Source: Proteromonas lacertae | Lineage: Eukaryota | Length of the DNA: 64,000 nucleotides | Direction of reading: 5' to 3' | Assembly (NCBI GenBank): GCA_002245135.1 | Contig: NGBS01000295.1 | Span: 1-64,000, forward strand | Shown here: positions 11,253-25,675 of the stretch, piece by piece | Numbering within the stretch: the stretch's first letter is position 1 | Layout: each line of letters starts with the position of its first letter | Notes under the pieces: generated by a model | Database searches by the model: none | What the model saw: only the letters and a program-made list of their open reading frames with translations | What the model was told of the DNA's origin: nothing | Program-made: the position numbers and the translations under genes

Positions 11253-13166
11253 TTAGTTTCTTAAATATTCATAAAACATGAAACTTAGTATATCTTTATA
11301 ATATATTAATTTTGGGTGATCTATAATATCATTTGCTTTCTTTGATATTTTCTTATATAATGAAATGGCAAAATCTTTATTCTTATTGCATTCCAACAAT
11401 AAATCTTCAATAATATCATTGTTAACACTCTCGGCATTATCTAAGTAATCTAATATATTATCTACATTATTGTTGACATTGATATGTTTAAATAAATTTT
11501 CATTAAAAGGTTCAATAGTAATACCAATTCTTCCTTTTGATAAATAAGGTGTCAATTCTATATTTGATAGATCATTTTCATTTTTTGCAATATTAATTAC
11601 TTTAGGTCCATTTTGAATGGGACAAACTGCATAATACTTTGTTTTATTGCTCCTTATAATAATCTTTATTTTGCTATTTTGTGGTATATTTTTTATTGGT
11701 CCAAAATTTAAACATTTTTTATGATATTTACTATCGTTTATTATCTGTTTTGCTTTCTCTGTTAGAATTGTATGATCATTATTTATAATTATTGCTTTTA
11801 TTCGAATAACTTTTGACTCTGGATGATAAATAAGAACTTCTCCTATATTGATTATTAAATTTTCACTGTTATTTGCCTTTTCAATTTCATTAGATAATTC
11901 ATCAATTCTTTCAGTTAAATATTCAACCAGATAACTGTTAATATTATTATAATTAAATGTTTCACCAGCAAAATTTTGATATAATGCAACAACTTTATTT
12001 TCTGAATTTAGTATAGGATAAGTTGTAACATACACTCCATCAACAAAATATCTGCTTTCATTTTGAATTTCCCACAAATTTGAAGAGTAGTATTCTAATG
12101 GAAATTGGACATTATTATTCTAACAAATATATAAGAGATAGCAGTTAATTATACATATTGTTTTAATGTAATACCAGATTTAAATGTTAATGACAAACCT
12201 AAACATTGAGTTTTGATAATAATATATTTAAAAAGTTTATTAATTTTGTTTCTTGACAAATCATTAATATCTAATATGCTAGACAGTGATATTTTTATGT
12301 CTTCAACAGATGAAGTTTGTGTTATTGTAGATAATATCTTTGGATACCTATGTATGTTAAAGTAGTTACTGAATATTATTGTTTTATTAAGATCATTCTA
12401 AATAGATTAATTATAAATAAAACTAATACATATATATCACTTGTTTCTATATTATCCATATGAAATTCATATATAGTAGAATCACATATTGATATATAAT
12501 TATTTTTATCAGGAAATAGTAATTCTCCAGAATTATATAAATAATTAAATGTTTGACCTACATAAATTAGATAAATACATCAAATACTTTTTATTTGACC
12601 TTCTTTAAGTAAGTGTATTGTGTTTACTTTGAATGGTACTCTAAGTATTTATATAATATTTATGTCAATGATACTTATAGCCCTTTTTGTATGTTGCTTT
12701 ATGTATGAATGGAATTATTTGTTCCATATTTATATATCTATCAAAATAATGATGACATTTAAAAAATAAAAGATCATCATCCTCATTCTCACTTGAATTA
12801 ATACTTGATATACTAAAATTACTTTTAACTGAAGATATAAAAGAATTTTCATCTAAAAGCTCTAATGTGATTATAATTTTAAATAATAATATTAGTTATA
12901 CCGATATCTAAATTAGAATTTTTAATCCCCTTCTTTTCTTCGCTTTCAGCAATTTCTTGTATATCTTCATCACATTCTTTCATATCTATACCATATTTAT
13001 ATATATTTATACTGTTAACTGAAGTATTTCTTTTAATCAGCACTCTGTTTAGAATTTTATTAGAAAAACAATAACTTATCAATATAATTTTATTAAAAAA
13101 TAAATATAAATTATAAAATAGAGTGACTATCATAAGTTCCAATTAGAAATTTTATAGACCTTTCAT
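11253..13166 (-). CDS. Hypothetical multi-exon protein (orphan B); 5' end uncertain
   Basis: 274-aa terminal ORF plus upstream exons (...DRYINMEQIIPFIHK...) linked by ~30-40-nt introns. C-terminus weakly resembles orphan A. Confidence 0.5.
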
Positions 13167-13221
13167 ATATAGAAATACAATTAGTTTTATAAATGCTATT
13201 TCAAAATAAATTTAATAGCAA

Positions 13222-13294
13222 TCCCATGTAGTCTAGGTGGTTAGGACGGCTGGCTTTCACCCAGCCGACCCGGGTTCGAGTCCCGGCATGGGAA
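13222..13294 (+). tRNA. trnE-TTC: tRNA-Glu (anticodon TTC)
   Basis: Acceptor stem TCCCATG/CATGGGA, anticodon arm GCTGG-CTTTCAC-CCAGC, T arm CCGGG-TTCGAGT-CCCGG, downstream T5 Pol III terminator at 13299-13303. Confidence 0.97.
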
Positions 13295-13548
13295 TTAATT
13301 TTTCATTCATTCATTATCATGCTCTATACGGCAATTGATTCTATCATTTTTTTCTTCGATTAAACTAAAAGCATTACAACAGTAATGTGACAAATTAATT
13401 AGAACATACAAAAATTAATCATATATAAACAAGATTTAATTATATAAAGCACAAAGAAAATATTGAATATTGCATAAAAAATAAAAAAGAAAGTGTGGAT
13501 CAAAATAAAAACTTCTAAAAACACATTCTTAATTAAAAAAATAGATTA

Positions 13549-15503
13549 TTAATTACTCTTATAATAATTCTTGAATAAAGCTATTAGATCAGCTGCACCA
13601 TATTTTTCTGAATAAATGTATTTCTCCATTTCATTTGGTGCTACACGCAACAATGACACATTCTTCATAATATCAGTAAAATGAGTCTCTTGTAATTCTA
13701 AAAATTGCCCAATCATAACGTTATTCAAATAATGTAAAGGTAAAAATCGTAGTGATTGTTCATATAACGATTCTATCATATCAATGGAATATATAGATAA
13801 CATATCAGCGGGGTATGAAGGATATTAATTGCTTTAATTTAATATGTATGTGAGATGAGTGATAGATCTAGTGCTGATGTAGATATAAAACAAATTTTCA
13901 TAAAGAAATGAATTATGTTAAAATATGTATATATTTACATTTCCACCTGTATATAATCTTTATTACGTATTACCTAACCATATTCTTACATCATTCAATA
14001 TGTGATATATTTGATCAACCAAATTCTTGGCTGCTTGGACATCAGAAGGAGTTAAGGGTTTTAATACTTCAGGCATTAAATCAACATTGCCTAATTCAAT
14101 AATAGAGTGATTTGTTTGTAATAAATTTCTAATTGACTCTAATGCTAAATATGTGTAAGGATTACTCCCAATATACATCTCTCTAAGTGTATTATTGTAT
14201 TGCAATGATTCACATAATGTAATAATGTCATTGTCAACTAATTTACAGAATTGTAAATTCAACTTCCTTAATGTCACACATTGAGCAACAGATGTAGATA
14301 ACATTTGAATATTCAATCCAATACAATGAGATAAATTCAATTCTTCAAATATTGAACTAAATGACAAAAATGTAACTAATGCTGTACTAGTATGACCTTT
14401 TTCACCATCATTAATCGAATCGCTGAAATTAATACATTTTATCAAACAATCATTGTTATGACTTAAACTATCCAATATTCCACTAGCATAATAATCACCA
14501 TATTTACATCCTGATATTGATATTGATGTTATACTACAACTATAACGAAGTAAACTAATAAAATTACTTGAAAACATTTCTATTCAATAATATAGTAATA
14601 ATAAAATAAAAATATTTGTTTATATACCATCAACATTATTATTAGAAATATCAATTACTGTTTCTCTTAAATTTGGATTGAATATAAATGAAGCAATTAT
14701 TTGTTCTAACGATTCTAAATCAATCTAATATCATTATATATATACATATATACTTTCATATTCTTCAATATTAATGTAGTGATTTTTGTACATTGACTTA
14801 TTTCCTTACAAAAACGTTCAACTTCTAAATCAGTCAATTTCATATACGAAATATCAATTTTTGTAATCTTTGATAATGGATTTGTAATAATTTTACATAT
14901 TGCTTTTGAGTCAATAAGAGAATCAGCTAAACATAATGATGTTAATGGTAATCTATAATTATTTATTAATATTTGTATATACTTCACATTTTCATTATGT
15001 AACCACGAATAAAATCTATTTTGAGTATCAGTAAGAAATTTATTTCCTGATAATGATAGACTTTCAACAGTTGTACTAAATACTATATTCTGTTTAATTG
15101 CTAAAAAGAATTGAGGAATATCTCTAGACAATAATTATATTATTATACAATGAACAATAATCAAGTGCGAAATGTTTAATTGGAGGAATATCTTTTGCGA
15201 TTGTTTGCTATAAAATACAGTAATATATTAAAGATAATGAAATATACTGACAATTCTTTTGTATGTAGATTTGTATGTAATATTGAGAATGTATCAAACG
15301 GAAGTGATAAATTATTATATCTTTTATGAATAGATAAGAAACAATTATGAATATCAGCATATGTAAATGGGACAGTATTAAGTTCAATTGATATTAATTT
15401 CTCATTTGTTTGAAGTGTTTGTGTTAATTGTGATAATATTGCATTATGCTCACGAATTAATACACTATGACAGTCAATTATTAATTTATTAAACCAACTA
15501 TTT

Positions 15504-15540
<37 letters not shown>

Positions 15541-16346
15541 TTTCATACTGAGTGTATATCTTCAATACTCTACAAACAGCTAAAACTAATCCTTCTGTTA
15601 ATTCACATGGTATTAAACTAACATTTATTGTCTTATTTCCTCTTACTGTACATTGTATTAAATATTCTATTAATTTTCTTGGATGCGAAACACCAAATTG
15701 ATATCCAATTGCTAAGATTCTATTGAAATAATAACAATATAAAAATACGTTTGAATATAATGATCAATATCTGTTTCTTTTGTTCTATCTAACAGTGCAT
15801 TATCTTGTTTTAACATTAAATCAAGTTTTACATCATTTGAAGGGAGATTTATTTGACATCTTTCGGTTCTTGAAAAGAGAACAGAGTATTTATTATAATT
15901 GGCTAAGAATTTGGCTAATATTATATCAATATATCTTGAAAACACAGATATCTTCCATGTATCGAATATAAACTCTATTGTTGAACCATTCTTTTTCGTT
16001 ATATTTGTCAAATTATATATATGTCCTTTGTGACAGATCTATTAGCGACATATACTATCATTATAATAATACAGTAGTTTTAAATTTTCCGAACTTAAAT
16101 GAATATATATGGAAGGAAGTCAGAACTAATACTCTTGATTCATAATAATTTTTCTTTCTCCTATATTTATATACTTCAATATATGATACTTGTGTAGTTT
16201 TGTCACATAATCCATATATAAAATTTTTTCATCTTCGTTTTCTACCAGTTTTGTTATATAGTCTATAATAATTATAAGCATTTAATTAAAATAATACCAG
16301 CATGTTGTTTTTCAAGAGCATCTGGGTGTAAAACAGGTATACTCAT
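13549..16346 (-). CDS. CARMIL-like PH + RNI-type LRR protein (many short introns; 3' end uncertain)
   Basis: N-terminal RVLVLTSFHIY (CARMIL PH-like), linker with ...WFNKL, then LRRs such as LRKLNLQFCKLVDNDIITLCESLQYNNTLREMYIGSN. Confidence 0.7.
15505..15540. repeat. (AAT)n microsatellite inside an intron
   Basis: About 12 AAT units. Confidence 0.9.
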
Positions 16347-16486
16347 CAATAAAAACAATTTTTAAATCTTTGAAACTCAAGCTTATTGGCTTGTTACTTT
16401 TTTCTGTTATTCTGTATTTATCAACAACAAAAACAAATATATCAAATAATCATCTCCAATAATAATATTTAGTCAAATACTGTAAT

Positions 16487-19400
16487 TTACTTACTTGCTT
16501 TCTTACTTTTACATCTCATTATCATAACAATTGCTACACCAACAATTATACCTCCACCAATAACACATCCAATTACAATTCCAGTTATTGCACCAGAATT
16601 TGTACTGCATTCATCAATTTCAGGAAACCATCTTGCTTTTTCATTATCAATCAATTTACATTCACGAGATTTATACCCAGAACTCATTCCTTCACATTTT
16701 TTTAATCCCAACTTTCCTACTGGAGTTTCTGGATAACCATCTTCAGCTTTACAAGATAATGGTTTAAATTCTACTTTCATTTTCACACTTGTTTCTTTAA
16801 CACCATCAGATACAGTAAATGTATATTCTTGAAGACTTTGAGCACTTTGAACCATTCCAGTTATTAATCCTGTTGTTGGATTTAATTCTAATCCTTCTGG
16901 TAATGCTATTAAAAAAATATATAAATGAAGAATATTATTATATACGAGGAGTTACTTTATATTCTAAGTTTTCTCCAACTGCATCAAATAATACAACATT
17001 TATTAATCCTGAAGATGAGTATGAAACAGAAACACTTACAACTCCATCACCATCAGTTGTACTATCATCTGGTATAATGATTACTGGCTTTTCAGGCATA
17101 ACAACTGTGATTCTAATATTAGCATTGGCTGTTCTACTACCTGTTATTGTTAAATGATATTCTTTTTCATTCATTCCACTTTGAGCATATCCAGATAAAA
17201 GTCCTGTTTTTACATCTAATGATAATTTGAATGGTAAATCTATTTAAATTAAAATAAAATAAAGAAATTAATACTTGGTGTAATTATATAAGTTAGATTC
17301 TTACCAGTTACATTTAACAGTTCTTTATTATCCATCTTATCACCAGCTGTAATTATTATACTACCAGGATTAGAGATAATAATTGGATAATCTGATATTG
17401 TCACTGATATTTTGATATCTCTTTCAGCTACTTTTTCTGTATCATTTGTAAAACATTTCACTTTATATGATGTTTCAGCTATCTCTCTCATTGTTGTCTT
17501 TCCTTTTAACATTCCATTTTCAAATGATATACCTTCTGGTAATTTACCAACTAATTCATATTTTATATCTTTACCATAACATTTAATTATTTCATTTAAT
17601 TCATAATTTTCAAAATAATATAATTCTACATTTGGACTAAATCTAGCGACTATTGGAAAATCAGAAATTGAAAATTTCACTTTGACAGAATATTCTACAA
17701 ATCCATTTGAATTACTTGCTTTTACACTGATTTCAACTGTCTCTTCTCTAAAATATTGACCAAATAATGTTCCTGTTTCACTATTAAGATGGATTCCATC
17801 AGGTAGTGTTTCAACTTCATTATAAACAACATTTTCTCCAACTATTTTTGAGAATACTATATCTTTGAAATTATCACCTACATAAAGATCTATAGTTTCA
17901 TTCAAATAAAACAAATATGGTTTATTTGAAGCAACTACTTCTAATTGCATCTTTATATCCACATCTCCATTTTCACTCTTAGCTGTAATTGTATATTCTT
18001 GTTTTGGAGTTACTTCAAGTGGTCTTCCTTGTAATTTTCCATTTGAATCAACTGTTATACCATTAATAGTTGGATTAATTGTATATTCAGTAATACTACC
18101 AAATACTGTGAATAAAACTAAATCCTTCACTGTATCTCCTGTGGTAAATGAATATTCACTTTCTTGATATGATACTATTGGTTTTTCTTTACAATTACTT
18201 GATAATTCCTCCCATTTTGGTTCAAAACCATTTGGACAATATAATACTCTTTTTCCAGAATCACATTCCTTTGTCACTATTGAATTTGAATATGTTTCTT
18301 CAACTACACCTGCTATTGCTGCACATTTTGTAACAGGACATATCATATATTGAATTTCTCTAATATTCATAAAATACATTACAGGTTTACCTTCAGTTAA
18401 ACTTCCTACATATTCAGGAGTTGTAGTTTTAATTTTTGACATAATAGTTGTTTTCTCTTCATACAAATTTGATTTAATTGTTGGATATTCTGTTGAACCA
18501 TATTTGATGTTTATATAATCATCACTTGTCTTATGTAAAACATCAGTAGTTTTATCATCATATGTTGTGTAACTTACATCCATCTTCTTAGGATATGTAG
18601 TAGTATCAGTAATTAAATTGAATTGATTAAATGTTCCATAAGTATTTTCAGGGAATGACACTTCAACATATGGAATAACAGTGTCTTTATCTGCTTTTGG
18701 AACTTCATGCTGCCAAAATGTGTTAACTTTATCATCAAAAGCTTTAGTAGCTTTATTAAGCCTTTGTTCAGCAGATTTATCAGTCACTGTAGTATATTGA
18801 TTCAAATGAAGACAATCATCAGTAGCTAATAATAATAAATAATAGTGATATTATATATTAATACCATCCTTTAGTAATAATTTTGCCATTGAATTAACTT
18901 GTGGTTCGCCTTCTTCATTATTTAATCTATGTAATTCAATTGCTATTGTATTTGGATTTGTTTTTATTAAATTTGATGGAATTATTAGTGATATATCTTT
19001 TAAAGTATCAAATCCTTTATCTGCAAATGTATCAGCAGTTATTTCACTTCTATTATTATTATTATATATATATATATATATATAATATTAATATATAATA
19101 CTCTGGCAAATTTCTACGATATATTTTTTCTCCATTTATATATAAGATAATTCCACTTTTATGACCAACATTTAGTTTTAAAGCAATTTCTTTGCTTAAA
19201 TCTGGGAAATCTTTAATAAGTCTTAGATAAACAGCTGTTGTTGAATAATCTGGTAATTCCAATAATTTATATTCAGTCCAACTCTTTTTAGCAGTTTTAC
19301 TATTCCATCCTTCAGAATAAGTTGTTGAATATTCCCACTTGTCTGATAGAAAATACAAATAAGTAACTATAATATAGAATATATAGATTATAAAAAATAT

Positions 19401-22400
19401 ACAATCATATTCTTTCATAACTTCGTGAGTTTTCCAATCCAATGCAATTGTATCTAATTTCACATGTCCTTGATATGTTTCAATATTCATACAATAACCA
19501 CCACTAACTATATCTGCACTTATTACTTTTGATTTATATTTATCTTGTGCCAAACACATACTTATTTCATGTTGTTCATTTCCATCAAATGAAAATTGAC
19601 TTATACTATAGATTTCTTCTTCTTTGCTATTCTTAAGTGAATATTCTATGCAAGATCCTACAGTAGCTGTTTTTACTTTAATTCTGTATAGTATCTTGTT
19701 TTCATTACTACATTCAGTTGTTATATTGGATGAAATTACTTCTAACTTCAAAGTTGTTTTATATTCTCCTGCATTATTTGATGCTGTTATTGTATATTCA
19801 GTTAATGGAAATACAGCTGTTGTTTTACCATATATTCTTCCATTTGTCGTATTAAATACCAAACCATCAGGTAATTTCTTATCTATTGTTGCTTTTTCAA
19901 AATAAACTTCTGATTTTGGTGCTATATAAACATCTTGATCAATATAGAGTTTATGGGATGATGGGTTATATGAGATAATAGGTTTTGATATTTCAAAATT
20001 CAATATATATTTCATAGTATTTTGATTTATGGAGGTGAAATGAACCATTTTCATCCCATTCAAATAGAAATCAGTTACCATTGTCTCATGATTATTAAAT
20101 TCTGTAGATATGGCTGAAATTTGTAATATATATTTTCCTGGAACGAAACAGATAGAACGTTGATATGGAAGATCATTTTTCTGATTATATCCTCCAACAT
20201 TTAACTCATATTCCACGAAAAATATTGTATCTTTAACATCTTTGAATTTAATATTTATTGATGAGAATTGTTTATCCCATGTTGAATCAGTTATATGATA
20301 CATCATTACTTCTCCATCTGCACATCCATTTACAACATAAAATAAAACTGATTCAATGATTTGATCATTTTCTGTTACACCTTTCGCTGTTATTTTAAGG
20401 GATAATCCATTAGCTATACTTCTAGGAAATGCTGTTAAAGTAAATATCTCATTGTCATATGAAAATCCTGGCGGTAATGACTCAAATGAATATGAAATTG
20501 CTATTCCATTTTCAGTTGATAACAAAAATTGTTCTCTTAAACCTAAAGTCAATCTTAATTCAGTTGATTTTTCACCAGTCTTTATATTGGTAAAATAAAT
20601 TCCATTAACTTTTAAAGTGCCTTGAATTGTGATATAAATTGTTGATGTGTAGGTCTTATCATCACTTGAAGTTGCTATTACATTGTATTTTTGTAAAGTA
20701 ATTCCTTTAGCTCCTTCTGCTGGAATTCCTGTAATCATACCACTGTTCTTATTGATTGATAATCCTTGTGGTAAATCAATATCTGTTTTAAATGATTTAA
20801 ATGTAATTTCATTGATATATTTCTTAACTATATTTTCATTAATTGCTAAACCAACTGTATATGTAGCTATTGGAGTTTCATATTCAAATATTTCATTGTT
20901 TGGAACATAATAATACATGGAATCTGGTACTAATTCGAATTTTTCTCCACCTTTCTTCTTATATTCTAAAGCAATACCACTTGGTCCATTCTGTTGAACA
21001 TACATAATCTTTAAATTGTATGAGTCATCATTTAATGTAAATACACCTTGAGCTGATGTATAATTGTGACATCCACTGTTATCTACTACCAACTCATTAT
21101 TGATATATAACCAACTAGCATCACTGGATGATAATTGAAACTCATATTCGCCTGCATCAGCTGCTTTATTTATTCTTATATAACCTTCCCAATAAACTGC
21201 AAAATCTTGATAAAAATCTTTTCCTAAACCAGCCCATAATATCTGTTTCTCACTTAATTCATGATTTGGATTCTTTTCTATTCTTGCGACTTCTGTTTCA
21301 GTATTACTCATTGATGTATCATACGGAGTATTACATTTTCTATCAAATGATGATATTTTCAAATAATATCCAACAATTCCATTGAATTTATGTTCTATTA
21401 GTATTTACATAAAAAACTATTATAATATACCTGTAACCCTTAAGGTGAATGTGACTGTATTAGTAATAGAATACTTATTTGAACATGTAAGGTGATAGGT
21501 TTTTGGAATTTCTAATTGTTCTTGTGGATTTCCTGAAATAGAATTCTTTTTAAGTTCTAAACCATTAGGAAGCGTTTCACCATCATTAAACTTACAGGTA
21601 TAATCTTCTGAACCAGTTATTCTGAAATTAACTGTAGAAACAGCATCATACAATAACACAAACTCTGATTTCTCCATTAATAAATCATAAACTGGATGAG
21701 CTTCAGAATCATCTATTAAATAGATAATATATTTAATATGTATATACGAGTTGTGAATGATATTACTGATGGAGATTCATCACCTGGCTTTTTATATAAG
21801 AAATTGAATATCCAAGAACAAGTGTTTTTATTATGTGGTATAAAAGAGAAAAGTTGAATATAAACTACATGTTCGCCTGCTGATAAATCTACACTAATAT
21901 TCTTTCTTACTGTATTAGCAACACATTCTTCAGTGTATAATTTGGGTATATCTAAATCATCTATAAATACTTTAATAATCATTCCTTCACTTATTGTAGC
22001 AATAAATTCATATTTTCCTGCATTATCAATGTCAATATGACCTTCAAATTCAGCTGTAAATGAATAAACCTCACTTGCAGTAATACCTAATTTCTTATAC
22101 CAAGTATAATAATATGAATCAGCTGCATCTAAACCAGATAAATCTGGTATAATTTTACTGTATGATTCTCTAACTGTAACATCAATGTTATTATCATCAC
22201 ATTTCTTTTCATCTAAGGTATTAAATTTAACCCATACTCCATTTTTATCTTCAGCATTAACATGTTTTAATAATATTGTAGTTGTTTTAACACCAGCACC
22301 ATTAGTTGCTTTAACTGTCAATGTCACATCCATATCTTCATGATAATTAGTAAAAGAAAGTATTCCTGTTTTGGAATCTATGGTAATACCTTTAGCTGAA

Positions 22401-22748
22401 GAAGGATCTCTCACAATGTCATATAAAACAGGTTGACCATCAGCCTTACATGTGAATTGCTTGTTAAATACACCAGAAATGCTTAATTCAGTAATACCAC
22501 AGTCAACATATGATGGAGCAATTACATCATTTGCCATTTTTGATGTCTTTTTATATTCATATCCATTTCTATGTTCTAAATCACTGGAATGAGAATTTGC
22601 AACACCTGCATAAACTTTTCTCAAGTAGTAATTGCCATGAACTGCTGTTGCTGTTGCAACTTGTCCAACTACAACACAGATAGCTATATTATAGATAAAT
22701 AGTTACTATACTGAGTAATAATTCAAGATAGAATGAATAATAATTCAT
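16487..22748 (-). CDS. ~2,000-aa type I membrane surface protein: signal peptide, 2 PA14, many putative-Ig/cadherin-like repeats, jelly-roll and F5/8C-like domains, 2 HRM-like modules, TM, short basic tail
   Basis: MNYYSFYLELLLTICVVVG; PA14 motif FAVYWEGYIRI...GEYEFQLSSSD; LPxGLxxxxxxGxIxG repeats; CKAEDGYPET...RECK...W...C; TM GIVIGCVIGGGIIVGVAIVMIM. Confidence 0.85.
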
Positions 22749-23389
22749 GTTATATTTTGGCGTGTTTAGGGGGTAAAGAATAACTTCTTCATTCAAAATA
22801 ATTGAATGTTTAAATTCTACCCATTATTTTTACTATATTGCGATATTTATACAGTTCATTGTGGCATAATATACATAATATTAAATACTCCACTTTATTT
22901 GACTAAATGAAATTCTTATTTAATTTACACAAAGTAAATAAGCCTAAATACCAATTCATTAAACAATAATGATTTGCGTAACATCTATTTCAAAAATTAC
23001 ATCTAAAAATTATAGTCGTTTCACAATTAAAATTTTGTTAATAATTCTTATTCAACTTTACTTATTCATTATAAAAATATACAACTCAACAATTTGTATT
23101 GAATCTTCTTTTTAATCAAACTATATTAATAAACTGAAACAAATTCAAACATGTCACAAGACAATTCAATTATCACATATATATCTTATCTTTCTAACAT
23201 TTTCTGGTTTTGATTCAGTGGTTGTTATGAATTTTTCAGTTTATAGAATCGTTTGAAGAGTATTTACTATGTTTGTTTTTACTAATCGATAATTGATATG
23301 GTAAGTAATATTCTAATATATATTGTTAAGCTATTGAAGTAATATTTGATTTTTAATGTTCAAGCTTCATCCAAGTTTTTCTTCTTAAA

Positions 23390-25634
23390 ATGTTGTTTGT
23401 TGTGTTGTTTATATATTATGTGAGTTTTTGTTTTTGTAAAAAGGTAGATACTGATTTTTGCGATTCAGGCGATTTAAATAGTGAATGTATTGTTGAAAGT
23501 CCAAGAAATTTTGAAGATCACAATACATGCGATTTATCTGGTAAATGTACAATATCTGGTAATGGTACTTTAATATTCAAAGAGAATGGATGTTATACAT
23601 CTAATACTGGCAATATTACTGTGTATATAACTATGGGTAAAGTAATATTCCTGAAGAATTCATTTATTAATGTATAAATATATTTTTTAATTGAAAATAA
23701 AAGGCTTTAATTATATACATAAAGGCTAATGATTCTATTATCTTTGAAGAGAAATCTTATCTTAATGCTTCAAATAAAATACACAACTTTAATAGTATTT
23801 TTAAATAATTAATAAACTTTATAGAAACAATAAATGGCTTTTCTAATGGAGGATCAGGAGGTCAAGGATATAATTCATCCATACCAAGTTATTTTTACAT
23901 GGACACTTTTATAAATCCTAGTGGTTATACACTAATAGAAGATATAAAACTAGGAACAGGTTCAAATCAAAGCAGAGGAGGTGGTAATATTGTGTTAATA
24001 TCAAAACATTTAATATTAAATGGATCAATTTATAGTGATGGAGAAAATGCAAATATGAACGAAGAAAGTGGAGGGGGAAGTGGTGGATCAATATTGATAA
24101 TAACTGATGATTTATATGGTATTATAAATATAAATATATATATTTGTGGTTTAGTTACAATTGGTTTATTATCTGCAAAAGGTGGTGATGGTACATATGA
24201 TAAACAGAGGGATGTAAGTTTATATATATATATATTGTATAGTTTTTTTATGGAGGAGGTGGAGGAGGAAGAATAGCAATATATGTAAAGAATATAACCA
24301 GAAATGATAATTATGATGATAATTTTATAATGTAATATTATATTAATAATATATACTTATTATATATAGAAGAGGAGGTGTTGGTGTTACTCCATGTTCT
24401 ACTGGAGGTGCTGGTACATTATATTTTAAAGGAGAAAACGAATCGTTGTTATTAACAAGTAATAAGAAATATGAAACATATAGTGTTACTCCTATCAATC
24501 TAATTAGTGATAAACCATCTAATTTTACTATTAAAGATTATGCAAGTATTGTGATATAATAATTATTGTTTATTATTAATATAAATAGCTGTATATTCAT
24601 CAAAATTAGATTTTGATAAATCAAATGGTAATACTTCTCTAACAATAGTTCATAGTATTTTACTAATAGGTGATAAAGAGAATATAAATATTAATTTTGA
24701 TAATATATTTATAACTGATGTATATTCATCATTATATAATTATTAGACATCTTCTTTATATATTAATAAAGCTACTGTCAATTCAAAGAATTTCTATTTA
24801 GGTTCAAACAGTTATATCAGACTTAATATATCGTTAAGTATATTTTCAGATAAGCTTACTTCTGTTGGAAGGATATTAAATAGGAAAATGTATATGCTGT
24901 ATTTATTCATTGATAAATAGTGAAGGATCAAAATTGAAAATATATACACAAAGTGATATGGAATTGACAAATCAAATAAGAGTTGATTATATATATTTAA
25001 GTTCAAACACTAATATTTATCTCAATTCAGGTATATTCTATTATTATTGTATGTTTTCTTAAATAGTTTCAATAAATAGTGATTCATCAATTTGTACAAC
25101 AAAACCATTCAATGAATCATTATTTGTATATTATTAAAAACTATTGTTATATATTATAATTCAGCTTAAAAGTTATCTTAATAATCCAAGAAATATTGAT
25201 TATATTGATTATATTGATAATATATCATTATTCATGTATGCACCTTCAATATCATTGACTAAACAAAATGTATTGAATGGATCAATTATTCTTATAAATT
25301 CAGAAAGTTTAACCTCTTCAGATATTTTAATAATATCATCATCTGTATTATTTTGTATGTATATATATGTATATATAGGGATGTAAATCAATGGAAGGAA
25401 TTGGAGCTGGTAGAATATCTGAAGAAATTTCAAAGCCAAATGGAGGAGCTGGCTATGGTAGCTGTGGTACACAAGGTGAAAATGATGGTGGAGAAGGTGG
25501 AATAGAATATGGAGATTTAAAAAAACCATTATACACAGGAAGTGGAGGTGGATCAAGAACAACAACAGGAGGAAGAGGAGGTGGATTGATTTATATAAAT
25601 GCAACAAAAATATCAGTGAATGAAGAAAAATTGA

Positions 25635-25675
<41 letters not shown>

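Noticed and set aside
12676..12684. TATAGCCCT as the partner inverted repeat of the hAT end at 8745
   Set aside because: Only 9 bp, lacks the terminal G, lies in a probable exon of orphan B, and has no 8-bp target duplication.
25639..25668. (AT)n tract, also at ~19063-19083, and (ATGAAT)4 at ~59624-59647
   Set aside because: Ordinary intronic microsatellites.
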